A stretch of 64,000 nucleotides of DNA from Iphione sp. A-MEVVRFRX5 (Eukaryota). The stretch lies in assembly GCA_976226885.1 (NCBI GenBank), contig OZ320322.1, positions 25,792,001 to 25,856,000 of the forward strand, written 5' to 3'. The notes under the pieces are model-generated. The model was given only the letters and a program-made list of their open reading frames with translations. It was not told the DNA's origin and did not search any database. The translations under genes and the position numbers were made by a program. Position 1 is the first letter of the stretch. Every line of letters begins with the position of its first letter. Of this stretch, positions 10,661-23,699 are shown piece after piece.

Positions 10661-11377
10661 TAAATTTACAGGTTACGTTATCACAACCTGCGCCGTTATA
10701 CTTGAAGCACACACCAACTGTCTTTTTCACCTTTCTTTTGTTCTCCCGCTGTTTTGCAACATCCACAGTCGCATCCAAGCTCAGGAACTGGTGAATGTTC
10801 ACAGTATCTCCATAGCAGAAAGCCTCACTGCCCTCAAGTTTTGCCTTCCTTCTCATCTCCTTGTCATAGGAAATTAATGCCTCGTTCGTGTAAATTCTCT
10901 TTGACGCACGATCAGCCAAGAAAGACATATGGCTGATATACCCATCCACGTCCTCATCTCTGGAGATCATCTTCCTCAAAAGACCTAAAGAGCCAACTAT
11001 CAAGTCCTCAAAGGTACTAACTTCTCCACCCTTCACAAACGCAGAAATCGAATATTTTCCTGCCTTAGTACCTTTTTTAGAAGACTTCTTCTTCCTAGAT
11101 TATCTAAAGTAACGTCCTTGTCACTCTCATCTGTACTTGAAACAGGATCCTCTTTAGCTGACTTGCTGGAACCAATCTTGGCCGCTTCAGAGCTACTTGC
11201 CAACAAGGCCTCCAGCAGGGTCTCGATCTTGCCAACTTGCTTTTCCATATTAATATTCGGAGAATAACCAGGAATATTATCCTGATCATCAACTGCATCA
11301 CGAGGTGGGTCTCTCTTACAGTTTTTTACGACTGGAGACACATGTTTAATGCTACACTTCTTGCAGTATTTCTCCAT
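10661..11377 (-). mobile_element. Gag-like ORF1 remnant of a DIRS/Ngaro (tyrosine-recombinase) retrotransposon, frameshifted and 3'-truncated
   Basis: N-terminal C-x2-C-x3-H-x2-P motif (MEKYCKKCSIKHVSPVVKNC). Central YISHMSFLADRA...YDKEMRRK block and C-terminal CFKYNGAGCDNVTCKF partial CCCH finger. One frameshift near 11100. The sequence breaks at an (AT)n run, and RT/RNaseH/YR are absent. Confidence 0.7.
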
Positions 11378-14300
11378 CCTCTCATCACAACGAAAACACG
11401 TCTTGACAGTTCAAAATTTCAACAACAGAGACGTTATAGAATGTTACATACTGAATGACGTTAACTATCACTATGGATACCAGACAATGCTCTATTACGA
11501 CATATATACATATAATAATTATATTAGATATATTATGTGCGCCAGAGACAAGTAACGTAGAGGTAGGCTAAACAGATTCCGAGATTCGTAAGACCTTAGT
11601 ATACAGAAATAGAACTAGCATGAATAGAAGGAATGATATTTACGATCCTCATAGGTAAATGCAATAATGTATTACGACATAAAGCTCCGTCAGGGATACT
11701 TTGCAGCATGGCACCTGGCCTTAGTGTAAAGAGAGAGCGAGTCATGTGCTGGCCTCTAATACGCGTCTACAAATTCTGCCATTTGGTACAGCGGACGTCA
11801 TCATAGAAGTATCACTATCAGTTTCAGTCTGCTGCTGTCGCGGCGCCTAGCGGGGAAGCCGTGGGGCATAGATATCAGGCGGGGAAGGTGGCAAGCACGC
11901 CTCTAATCTATCCCATGATGTGGAGTACACCCTGGCTGTTATAGGAGGGGTATGAGAGGCTCGTTCTCTCTACTCCTATGACCGAGTGCTTCGTCTTGGA
12001 TTCTGCTCCATCTCAGGCCCATCTGGCATATAGATGTATAGCCTCATTGACGGCATAGATCCGTTGACGTACCCCTTTGGCCGTGCTTTGGGAGAACGCC
12101 CGTAACTGGCAAGTGCTGATGCCCTTGATGTTGGAAACAACCTTTCGCCCGTAACGAGTTGATAATCTCCAACGACTGTGGGGATCGGTACAACCCTCGG
12201 CAGGTGGTCGAGCGCTGGCATAAAATGGTTAGCGTTGCGGACTGGCTTGATCCTCTAGTTATGAATAGGTGTCAAGCGAAAAGGGAAGGTCTAGTTAGAT
12301 AGGGCTTAAGGTGGGAGATGAGCGGGAATAAGGACGGGGGACGGGGCTTTTAGAGGCTGTAGTAATCTCTCTCCTTTTTTCTGCCTCCATTTAGTTTCAT
12401 CGGTCCCCGCCAAATGTGGCGCTATCAGCGGTGCTGTATGCAACACACGTCTCGGTCCGGTTCCCCCGAGGGGTTAAATGTTATCAGTGTGTCTGGGTGT
12501 GTGTATATGTGTGTAAGGAAGAACAGAGAAGCTTATGTAGTACTTCGGCAGATTATCTCACCGGGATGCAGCCTGCCTTTATCCAGTGTCCACACACAAT
12601 CTCACATTTGACTGACATTATCTCACGACAGCGGTGCCACTGACAGACTAGGCGGAGGGATGGTAAAAGGGGCGGCGAAGGGGGAAGCATTGCAGCGATG
12701 GGGCTTCGGAGGATTGCTTTTTTTTACTGGGCCATCGCCAATGAGATGAGAGCCGAGCCCAGGCAGTGAGAGATAGTGGGAGAAGGCCAGTAAAACCATG
12801 AGGAATAACCTAGAATCTGGTTCAAAATAGGATCAGATCGAACGTAGGAAAGTCGGACCAATAGCAACAGAGAACGATATGTAGGAAAGCCTGACAGAAC
12901 GTTGAGCGAACCAACCGAGACCGACTTGGCGTCAACTTGGATGTCCTGGCGTGTAATGTCACAGCGGACACCAGAGAATTTTAGGGATCTGCTGTCGGCG
13001 ATCCTTCCGATAAGGTGCCCTATGGGAGGGGATTGGCGATCTGGAATAAATAGAATTGAGTGACGACCCTGGCAGACATGTGCAGACAGGGGATCCGTCG
13101 GCTCCAACTACACGCTGTAATAATTAGACCGAGTGTGAGGGATATCGGTTCTGTAATCATGTTCATTTTCGACAGCGATCCATTGTGCAGTGGGTCCGCT
13201 GTCGCTGAGCGTGGGAGTCTCAGGGTCGCCTTAACAAGTTCCCATCTCTCACACAGCGCGTTAGTTTTCCTCATGTTACCTGCTGTTACACAGGCCGCTT
13301 GGCTTGTCAAGCAGACCTATGCCTTCCCTGATGAAGATTGACTGGCATATTTGGGGATTGACGTTCATCGATGGAGCTTAATGTAGAGCGGTGGCTTTAA
13401 ACGGGCCGCCCACTGATCAATGTGCTGCCTCATACCTTCTCTCTCTCTCACCCTCTCTTCCCCTTCTCATCTCTCCCCATAGTTACTCTCATCTTATATT
13501 TTCTTCTATATTCCCTTCTCTCTCCCCCGTCTCATCTGTCCCCATGGTAACTTTTATCTTACCTTCTCTTCAATATTCTTTTCCCTCGAATCTCTGTGCA
13601 CCCCACTTGGAATCATGTCCTACCAATCTGATCCCTTCAGTGGGTGAATGAATGTACATTTGTCATACTTATTCAACGAGTTTAGGACTAATGCACGAGT
13701 AGATGAATACTGTATTAAGTCCGACCCTCTTTGTAGCATTAAGCACATTCATCATATTTATATTGCGCTCACTTCTACCGTTCGACCATCGATTCCTCTT
13801 ATCGGGTCTTTTTCTTGCTGTAGCTTTAATGTGACCGTGACACGGCAGCTACATCGTCGGTCGAAATATCTCTCAAGCTAAAGAAGTTTCACTAGCCGTG
13901 CATTTTTGAGAAAATTACGTTTCGGATAAAAAAGGGTTCATATACTCATGGATCTGATGCTACTTGGTCTTTTTCTGTAATCACTTCAAAGATGCACAAG
14001 CTATCGCGTGCTTGAAAAAGGGACTTTTCTGCTTCACTTTCTGAAAAAAATGACTTCGGACCCCATCGGTGTAATTCAGACAAAGAATAGAGTTGGTTCA
14101 GCTACGTTTATGACGACTGCTGCATGACCTGCATTCAAGAACAACTATAAGGCCCACTTTCGCGGCTGTATTTTAAACTGGTTTAACGGTAATCTGGTAA
14201 AGGGCTGGTCGAAAACTGTTTCCCGGGCTAAGCTTTCGCAGCTTAACCCAGCTTAAACTCATTCCATATGTATGTTAGTGTCCGGGTGTGTTGCAGTGCA

Positions 14301-14989
14301 TTGCCGTACTTATTTATAAAACAGGTTGAATCCATTGAAAGCTCCTCATATGTGCTAAAATGTCTGGGTGTATTGTTATGCGTTGGTGTCCATTGGTATC
14401 TATTGACTCAGTTTTGCCAATGATTTCATGAAAACACAGAACAACACACAAATTCCACATAGCAGGTAGCATTTAGGCAAGGATATCAGTGATCTCAAAT
14501 TTCGATGTTTTTATGTCAAAATTCTAGCCCTAAGTCAACAAAAGGTATATTTTCCTAGTCTTATGTCATATTGAGGTGAGTTGCATTGCTTTTAATCTAT
14601 TTTTTTGCATCGAATGTATTGGTTTAATGATGTTTTTACATCAAACTGACCAGTTTTAGTCTATTTTTGTCTATTTTCATATGACTAACATACGTTAAAA
14701 CAACAAAGTCACACACTCCTATTTAATGTTACACACTACACTCACTTGTAATCCCTGTGCACATGCCTGTCGATGGGGCTCTGGGGAAAAAATGTAGAGG
14801 CTCTGGACCTGCACCACACCGGATGTTCTAGGAGCTACTGTAGATACGGAAACCCAGCCTTAAGAGGGTTCAATTTCAGTTTCAAAAAGAATTTTATTAT
14901 CCAACCATCGGCCTTAACGGGGCGTTTTCATAGTATATATATAGTATATACTATACATTTATGTCTTTGAAGTTGATTTATACAAGCAT

Positions 14990-16110
14990 ACCAGATCATC
15001 ACATGGTATTAAACTTTTGATAATCATAAACACCAAATGAAGTTAACTTAGCCACAACCTTGAATCGAAAGTCATACTCCATAAGTCTTAGTATAGGACC
15101 AGTAGTGTTCTAGTAATTAATTCCTTGATACTAAATAGACTTTCTGACCTTTTCATTTCTAGGTACAGCCATAATATTAACAACAGGGCCATGAATGTTC
15201 CTGGTAGCCCCACCTTCTTTTAAAAGGCAATAATTTATTTTTAACCATATTATGAACTACACAGATTGGAAAATGCCATACGTCTGAAAGAACTTTAAAT
15301 ACCATATTTATTATGCAATAGTTTGGGGCTTCTTGTAACACTTTAACAGCTTTATTATCCAAACTATCTGTTATAGACATTGCCCTATTCTGAATCCATT
15401 TTTACTGGTTGAGCTGCATCATAGTATTACCTGTGAGAACGGGAGTCAAATTATCTAAAGTTGGTAAGAGAAAACCTTTATAAATTAAATAATAGATCCT
15501 TTTTGTTAACATCATTTTTACTTGTATTCATTATGTATATTTTTGGTGTTTGAGGCTTTATTATTTTTTGTAATTCTTTATTAAAGGTTAGCGATTTATC
15601 TATTATGGTGCCGAAATACTGGTATTCATCAACATATAGTAAATCCTCACCATAAAGCATTATTTTTCCAGGATCTCTTCTCCCAACATCCTTTTTTGCT
15701 GGCATATACATAATTCTGGACTTGGTCACATTCATTACAATAGGATTTTTGATACACCATTGGCTGAATTGATTACATACCACCTGCGTTTGACTATGTA
15801 AGTCAACAATATTATCAGCATGGACTCTTACGATACTATCATCACCAAAAAGTGCGATTTTTTCACTGATAAAACTCAGAAGGTCAATTATATAAAGAAT
15901 AAATAGTAATGGGCCTAAAGTAGACCCCTGGGGGACACCATGCGATGAGCAACTTGTATCAGATCTCATTCCGTTAACAACTGTATATTGCTTTCTATTT
16001 GTGAAGTATTCCTTACAAAATGCATGGTTGTATTATCAATATTTCTTGTCTTTCCAAAGTATCTATCCATTTCAACATTTCTGACTTCTTGTTTCAAGTA
16101 ATTTCCTTTG
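14990..16110 (-). mobile_element. 5'-truncated CR1/L2-group non-LTR retrotransposon (RT C-terminal half)
   Basis: ORF 15478-15969 contains GVPQGSTLGPLLFILYI, FGDD (YADD equivalent) and YQYFGTIIDKSLTF. Degenerate RT sequence continues up- and downstream with stops. Confidence 0.85.
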
Positions 16111-16917
16111 CCTTCAGTCATAACAAGTAAGTACATTAACATTGAAGTATCATTTCATCTCTAGTTTTAACTGGAACAACAATGAATAGATACTAATATT
16201 CACTATTAGTTAATTTTACTCGGAATATAGTTAAGGTAGGATATTACTTGTAAATATAGGAAGTAGTTCCAATAAGCTTGTCTATGAAGATCTCAATATA
16301 TTCGATTCCTCGAGGTTAACACAGAAAAACAAGCATATTTAATTTGTCACTATACATGTAGTACTAATTTAGGGACGTTCAAAATTATGATAATCTGAAA
16401 TTTAGAATACATTTCATGACCAAAAATATGTTAAAAGAGCTCAAGAGGCTCTATCCCCATATGCAGTTGAACCGGATGTTTAAGCTGATTTAATACCTGT
16501 ATGAAGTGCGATTCTCATATGCATGTATCTGGATATTTTTCCACGCTTTGAATATGTGTATCCAGTATGAAAAATTATCCTACTTAGTTTAATTAAGGTT
16601 TTTTATGCGTCTGTGTCTGCATGTCCATGCTCTTTGTCTGGATGTGTCCGTGGATGGAAAGTAGGATAGAGAAATGGGTGTTTAAAGACGGAAAAACATT
16701 TGGTAACATATGTTAGATTATGTGAATTTTGTCCTCATTTGCATATCATTTGCATGAAAAACTCACCATTTATACAGATTTGGGTGGCATTCCTTCTGAT
16801 CAGCACAAAAAAAACTTGCCATTTACACAAATTTGGTCTGAATTCCTTCCAATCAGCACACACTCACTGTCTTTTTGTCTCTGTCTGTCTCTCTCTATGT
16901 CTCTCTTTGTGTACCAG

Positions 16918-17101
16918 GCAGCTACCCGTTCACAGGGAAACTCCAAGTGTGTGAGTATCGGGAGAGGTCCGGAAAATTTGCTGATTTTCCACACACGCAC
17001 GGAGTCCAGAAAAAAACTACACACATTGAAGCCAGGCCTTAGTGAAAGGTCCTATAAACTGGGCATAAACCTTCATAACCTCTCCTGAACCGAAAAATGA
17101 G
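16918..17101 (+). other. Candidate exon (184 nt) of a plus-strand transcript
   Basis: Long pyrimidine tract tctctctttgtgtaccag| and a strong GAG|GTAAGT donor. No convincing protein in any frame. Confidence 0.3.
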
Positions 17102-18819
17102 GTAAGTTTTTATGAATAGTTACGTCTTGCGCGCGCTTTCAGACCGGCAGGGAACTGGATTAAACACGTTCATGATAAAACTACTGTCTGACAATCAGTG
17201 AAGGGACACTCCAATACTTTAAAATCCGTCTCAAGTCAAATGAAGCACTTTGGTTCTCATTGTCATTTGCCTTTCACCAGAGCTCGGTCTAATTTGGGCG
17301 ATAAAGCTGAGAGGCAACCTTATATATCACCTAGCAGACGACGTTTAAGAATGACCCTTCTGCATGGCCAGGTCATGCTACACTCCCCCTGGGACGCCAC
17401 CTGCCTGTTGATTTCTATTCGAAAAGCTGTGCTTTTCATTTGTGAGCCTGCCATTAGGACCTGCACCACACACGGTAACGACATGTTTAAGGTTTACCGC
17501 ACAACATTCGGTGCAGGATTTCATTCTCTGGGCGTGCTCTTCAAGTCGGAAATGGCCTAGAAACTGCACTGGAAACGGTACGATTTCCAATACCTATTTT
17601 TTTGCTTACGGTTGTTTGATAGTCTATTGCGTGACCTGCCAAATTGACAAATATGGGATGCTTTTGATTTCTGTACCACGGGTATCGGTACCACATAGAG
17701 GAGGAGGAGACAATAGAAGGGCAATTTCTTATTGTCAGCAGAAATTTCCATGTACATTCATATATTATACGCTAGGGACACATGTAAAACAGCCCCAAAG
17801 CGGCAAACAGATATTCAGCGCAGGACGCACTATGGAAAGCTTCTGATCAGGCCATGCCTGGCTCATTCTCAAACTGTTGAGACTTCTAATATACAACAAA
17901 GAAAGTCTGTTCTTCCCGAAAGCCCCTCCCCCCCCCCCTATCAAAGGCATGTCCCTTTTAGAGGAGGGTCCCCAAGGTTACTTTCTACTGCATATCATGC
18001 ACGTATGTATGCACATAACAGGTAAAACGCAGGTGTTTCTCAGACAGAGCCGGGGGGCTTATACGCTAATAGTTTCTATTGATCTTTATGATCCCTTCTC
18101 ACGGACGACGGCCGCTGGGTCTCAGTGTACATGGCCATGCCGTTTAGCACCACAGCACCCTCTTAAGACTTCGCATTGCTGCCTTGCAGCGCAGAGCTGT
18201 GTCCGTGTCAGCTTTTCTGATGGCTTCTCGCAGCCCCGCGTGTTGCTTAAAGGCAGATCGATGGAGTTATCCCGCTGGATGCGCTCCATGTTAAAGTGGA
18301 TACTCAAATGATTAAGAAAAAAGGTGCTGTGTCCGTTATCTGCCAACCACCAGAGATCTTTAACATTAAGTAATTGGTCAGCACTTGATCATGGAGATTC
18401 CTTTCTTCTGCACTAGGACTATGTTAATGGTACTCCTTCCAACCCTTGTTTTTCCTTTTCTGTTTCTTAGTAATGATAATGGAGATGATAGTAAGCTGAA
18501 GCTATTCGTCCCACTTTTGTTATTCATCATTATCCATTAAGTGAATAAACCAACTACCTAAGAGATGGTACTCATTTGTAGTGTACACTAACAGGGTAAG
18601 ATTCGCTTTCAGCCAAATCAGGATAAAACATGTAATGTGATGTAGTCCACCTCAGTTAGCACGGTTTAGAAGGTGGGAAAACCATTGATTGAAACCAATT
18701 GAATGTTGAAGTCATGAACGGTTTAATATTTGATTATTTTTCTTTCTGGTTCGCGTATTTCCTCTTCATCAGGTGACTCATCTAGACGAACGTTCTTTGC
18801 TGAAACCACTTCGCAACCG

Positions 18820-18856
18820 TCTTCTTCTTCTTCTTCTTCTTCTTCTTCTTCTTCTT
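18820..18856. repeat. (TCT)n microsatellite
   Basis: About 12 perfect TCT units seen directly. Confidence 0.95.
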
Positions 18857-19070
18857 TTTCATCTACTTCTACTTCCTCGTCGCACACCTTCTGCTGCGCA
18901 GGAATTCAGGTCCCGTCTCTGTCCGTCGCTCGCCCGCTCCATCTAGACCTATCCATCATTGGACAGCTGAGAAACCCAGCGGTGAATTACTGAGCAGGAC
19001 ATAACGCACGAACACGCACTCATTACCGTTCATCATACACGCTACGCAGGGGTGCGCACAACACACAACA

Positions 19071-19106
19071 CCCCCCCCCCCCTCCCCCCTCCCCCCCTCC
19101 TCCTCC
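19071..19106. repeat. Poly-C / (CCT)-rich tract (G-rich on - strand)
   Basis: Seen directly. Confidence 0.9.
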
Positions 19107-22023
19107 GTCCATTCTCTCAGTCGCTAACGCCTCCACGTGTGCTCCTGCGCGCCATTTTTAGACAGACCATCCATCATAAAGACGACACGAAGAAACATAC
19201 CGATCCATGACGATGCAAGTAGACGCACACCTATCGTGGGGAGGAATTCTCTACTTTATGAAACGACATACCATCTCAACATCATCGCTCAATTTGAGAT
19301 TTTTTTCCCGTCGTTGATATCAAATCAGATATTACAATCATGCAAAATGTTGTTTAAATGATTTAATCGACTAGTATAGCCTACAGCGTGATCCCATGAA
19401 ATTCCCTCCTGGTACCTCCTCCGTCCTAAATGAAAAGAGAGAAGATTCACTGCAAACTGTATCCTTTTTATGAAGTCATCTGAAAACTATCAGTCTGTCC
19501 AATATCGTTTGCAGCTCGACTGGCCTGTATGCCCATGTCCAGTGAAATTATTCAGCCCAGTTAGTGCAGAGACAGACGAGAAGATAACCACGGCCAGTCA
19601 ATGAGACTGAGGCCAAGACTGGCTCTGCATGCACCCGTGCTGCCACGGGCCACAGTTGCTCGTTCATCACTGGTGACTGTCACCACCTAGACGACCAGCC
19701 ACGTACACACCCAGACACACACACATGTACATAACACAGAGGCGCACAGACAATTAACAGCTGACAAATCCTATTACAGCTCTGGAGTCTTGGGAGTAAT
19801 CACTTGCCGAATCAAATTGTTCCTGCATCCATGCGGGCCAACACCCTACGCCCAATGCCCGACGAAAAAAAAAGTTGGCCAGATCTAAGCGCTTGCCGTA
19901 GGCAGTTAATTGCTATGACGGAAAACCTCTCGCTTTGCTGGAGAATTGCTGCCGAGCGGAAAATAAATGCACTGTATTTAGGGGGCAATTAGCTGAATTT
20001 GGTCCGTTTTAATTTGTATCTTGCGGGAAGTGAGCCTGCAGCAGCAGGATGTCACATTTGCTCACTATTTGCCTTTCGCCCGGGAGATGACGTTCCGGGG
20101 GGGATTGACTTAGTGGATGGCTACGCCACTGACTACAGATAGGAGTAAATTGACTTAGTCCTGCTGTCGAGGACGATTCCATGTTTGCTGTGCATGATGC
20201 GCATTGTGTGCCTATTTATATTTTCGATCTGCTGTCCGCCCCTTACTCGGGGAAGCCTGGCTTGCAGAAAGCCTCGGATGAGCCATAGAATATCTGTCCA
20301 GTGAAATATAGAATGGCTTCCAGCTACATGCGTTATAACAAGGATGTTTGACAGGAACCAGACATAGAAAGCCAACGCAACTTAGATAAAACTAATTCGG
20401 TCGAGTTTTACTGAGCAAAACTGATGCTTGACTGCTACACGATTTATCTCATATTTCCAAATGTAGAAATAGTTGCTACTACCTGTATATACCTGTATAC
20501 TGCTATACATGTCTGCCATATTATATGTATGCACGTGTATATAAAGAGAGGCAGACAGACATAGAAGGGGCGGAAGCGGCAGAATAAAAGACTCCGGACA
20601 CCTCATTGTTTCTTTATGAAGAAATTATGTCGGTTAGTAACCTCATAGTCTGCTCTCCCTTCTAAATGGTTCGTAGCTGATAAAGCACAAGACGCTTGTA
20701 TCGTCAAAAATGTATCCCTGCATAAATCCATGCCCATGTATACACTGATGTTAATGGAATTGGCAAAAAAGACAGAGTCCAAAATAAAAATGCTGATGGG
20801 AAGTACACTTTGCAGAGCGTCAATTTCCGCTGAGAAATAAGAGAAACCTTTCTGTCACTGTCATCGTCCTCTCCGGGTGCTCAGCGTCGAAAGTGAGAGA
20901 CGGACGGGTGGATTAAGTTCCAGTTCCCAACACGTAAGGCTCGCCCGGCAAATTACCCCGTTTTCGCCAGTCATGTCACGTAGCGCTCCATCTTAATCAG
21001 TGCACACGTATTAGGAAGCCATGTTGGCCCGTCACAGGGCGTCTGTTCCTAATTTGGTTCAGCGTTCATCATTCGAACACCATGGATACAGCCGGACAGG
21101 TTTTGTTATCAAGACGTCACCTCAGGATCGAAGGCGCAGATTTGCACGGGCGTCTGTAATGCTGGAGCGTTTTCTTTAACTGTTAAAAAACAATTATCAA
21201 TCTCGCCTCCCATATTCCCTTCAGCTGCCTTGCGCTGAATATAATCACACGCTCTCTGATCCGAGACAAGCTGCATGCTCTCCTACAGAGCCGATGAATA
21301 TTCAGATCTTGATGTATCACGCGCTGTGTCGCGATATGTTTTTTTTTTATCCCTTTCTGCCTTAAATGTAGAAAATATCCACCCCTGAAGATAACGTAAA
21401 AATAAAAGAGGAAATAAGTAGATAAGGTGTGCCCCCCGACACTTCTTTCTTTCGCTGTCAACTGGAGTTTCTGGGGCGGCAAGTCAGAACTGAAAGAAAG
21501 CCCTGTTAATGCATGACTATCGACGGGATCAGGGCCGTGGTAGGAGCTCGACCTTTGAAAGAAGATGGCTATTTAGAAGCCATCAGTCACTAACTACACA
21601 TAAACTGTCCTGCTGGAGCTATGATGCTTTAGTACTTTGCTGCACTATGCATGTTTTCGCTTCAACTCATATCTATTTATGGTGGCGTATAATTCTTGAA
21701 ATTACTTTGCCGGTAAATCCTGTATTTCCCTCGTCAGCTATAGAATTTCTGTCTGACATCTCTCCGGGAATTACTGTCTTCAGGAAACATGAATTATTTC
21801 CTACTTAATCTCCAGCCGTAGATGTACTCCAATCAGATTATATTTACAGTAAGAAGATATCCAGATTTAATAGAAAAAAACGCACGTTAGGAGTGGTAGC
21901 CATTTTTTCTCACTTTTTCTTTTTTCTATCTATGCATTAGTTATTTGAGTGTATTTGATATCATTTGAGATGGAAAAGGATCTGGCCAAATAAACAAAAA
22001 CTGGAGATATGTTGTCTAAGGTA

Positions 22024-23080
22024 TTGTTGTTGGCATCCGTCTGTCTCGAGAAACAGTGTGGGGATTTGCACCTTGGCTAGTCTGTATAACAGTGCCTGCT
22101 GTGGCTGTACAGGCCTATTTTTGAGAAGCAAGGTTCATTGCAGTTGCTGTAGGCAAAGCCTGCAACTGTCTCTGTGACCTGTGATTGTACTTTCTGTTGC
22201 CTGCAATCTCTCTTTGCTTTCCAGTTGTCTTCTCTCTTCCTCTCATGCGGCTCAACACTGGTCTTAACAGCATTTCTACAGGAACTCTGATCAGCAGCTG
22301 TAGTTTCAAGGTCAGTTGGGTGGATGTTTCTGGCCTTCAGATCACACTTACAGACATCCTTGAGTCACAGGGCTTGCCTGCCAGTGGGCCTTGAACATTG
22401 GGCAAGCTCGCTATACAAGATATCCTGGGGATTCGGCCATCCTGCATATGTATGACATGACTAAGCCAGCATAGATGTCTCTGCAAGAGAAGGGCATACA
22501 TGCTTGGTATTATTTCTTTTGCAAGCATGTCCTTGTTTGGGATATGGTCCTGTCAGTTGATACCCAAAATCCTCCTCAGACAATGGAAATGAAAAGCATT
22601 GAGTCTACACTCTTGGTGAGAGTATAAGGACCATGATTAAATACCATAGAGCAAAGTGCTCAAAACACAGGCCTGGGATACTTTCATTTTTGTATTCATG
22701 CTCAGCATAGAGTTGTTCCAGACTCTCTTTGTCAGGTGCACCATTGCTGTTGCTGCCTTTCCAATCTGGATGTTTAGCTCAGGGTCCAGGGAGAGGTTAC
22801 TGGCAAATTTAGAGCCAAAGTAGGTGAAGTCCTCTACCACCTCAAAGGTGTGTGCTCCAATGGATATGCTTGGGGTTCTGCTGACATCTTGACCCAAGAT
22901 GTTGATCTTCTTGATGCTGATGGTTAGGCCAAATTCATCACTTGTCTGTGCCAGGCAGGTGACGAGATATTGTAGTGCATCCTCAGTGTGCGCAGTAAAG
23001 GCAGCATTGTCTGCAAACAGCATTTCCCTCAGAATGACCCAGCACATCTTGGTCTTTGCACGGAGGTGAGCAACCTTTTA
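22024..23080 (-). mobile_element. 5'-truncated RTE-clade LINE with (AAC)n tail and 8-bp target-site duplication
   Basis: REMLFADNAAFTAH, FTYFGS, IGKAATAM, NTKMKVSQACVLSTLLYG and WLSHVIHMQDGRIP motifs. C-terminal CNEPCFSKIGLYSHSRHC zinc knuckle. The 3' end is GACAGACGGATGCC(AAC)n. CTAAGGTA flanks both ends (22016-22023 and 23081-23088). Confidence 0.92.
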
Positions 23081-23699
23081 CTAAGGTACTATGGCAATAT
23101 CAAAGATATCCTTCCCACAGATCTAGTCTTTCTCCGCCTTCTTCAACGGTTGCATCGCACGGAACTTTCGGAAGCCTTTAGATCCTGTTTTCTACATCGG
23201 ACGGACCTTCGTTATAAATCCCTCCGTGATTCCTATGGTTGTTTTCTCCCCCTTGTTACGGGAGACAAACTCGCCGTGTCTGATAAAGAACAATGCCTCA
23301 TTAGCTCGGAGGGCTTATGTGTGTGCTGTCCGGTTCATTAATAGCAAGGAACGACGCCATTGGACCTGTCGGCATATAACTACCCATGTGCTGACGTCTT
23401 GAAGTCGAGTCTTCCCCGAGGGGAATATAATAGACCCCTATACTTCGGCACTGGCGATGTTTATGCTCTTGTTGCTAAAGTTATGCATTAAGCATACTTT
23501 CTTCACGATCCATCAGATAAATCTCGACAGGGCAATCTACCTAGAACGAGTATGCGACTATATAGAGTGATGCACCAGATCGGGGCGAACGTGAACTTTG
23601 GGGCCCGCAGTGTTCTCCATGGGCTATAGTTTAAGAATATCCTCCAGTGCGCCAGGGTGCGTTGAAATTCTTGGGACTGGTGGAACGTGACATGTCAAG

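Noticed and set aside
18730-18960. Acidic minus-strand reading (DEEVEVDEKEEEEE...) and Ser-rich plus ORF
   Set aside because: Both derive from the (TCT)n microsatellite. The acidic frame is closed by an upstream TGA and has no donor.
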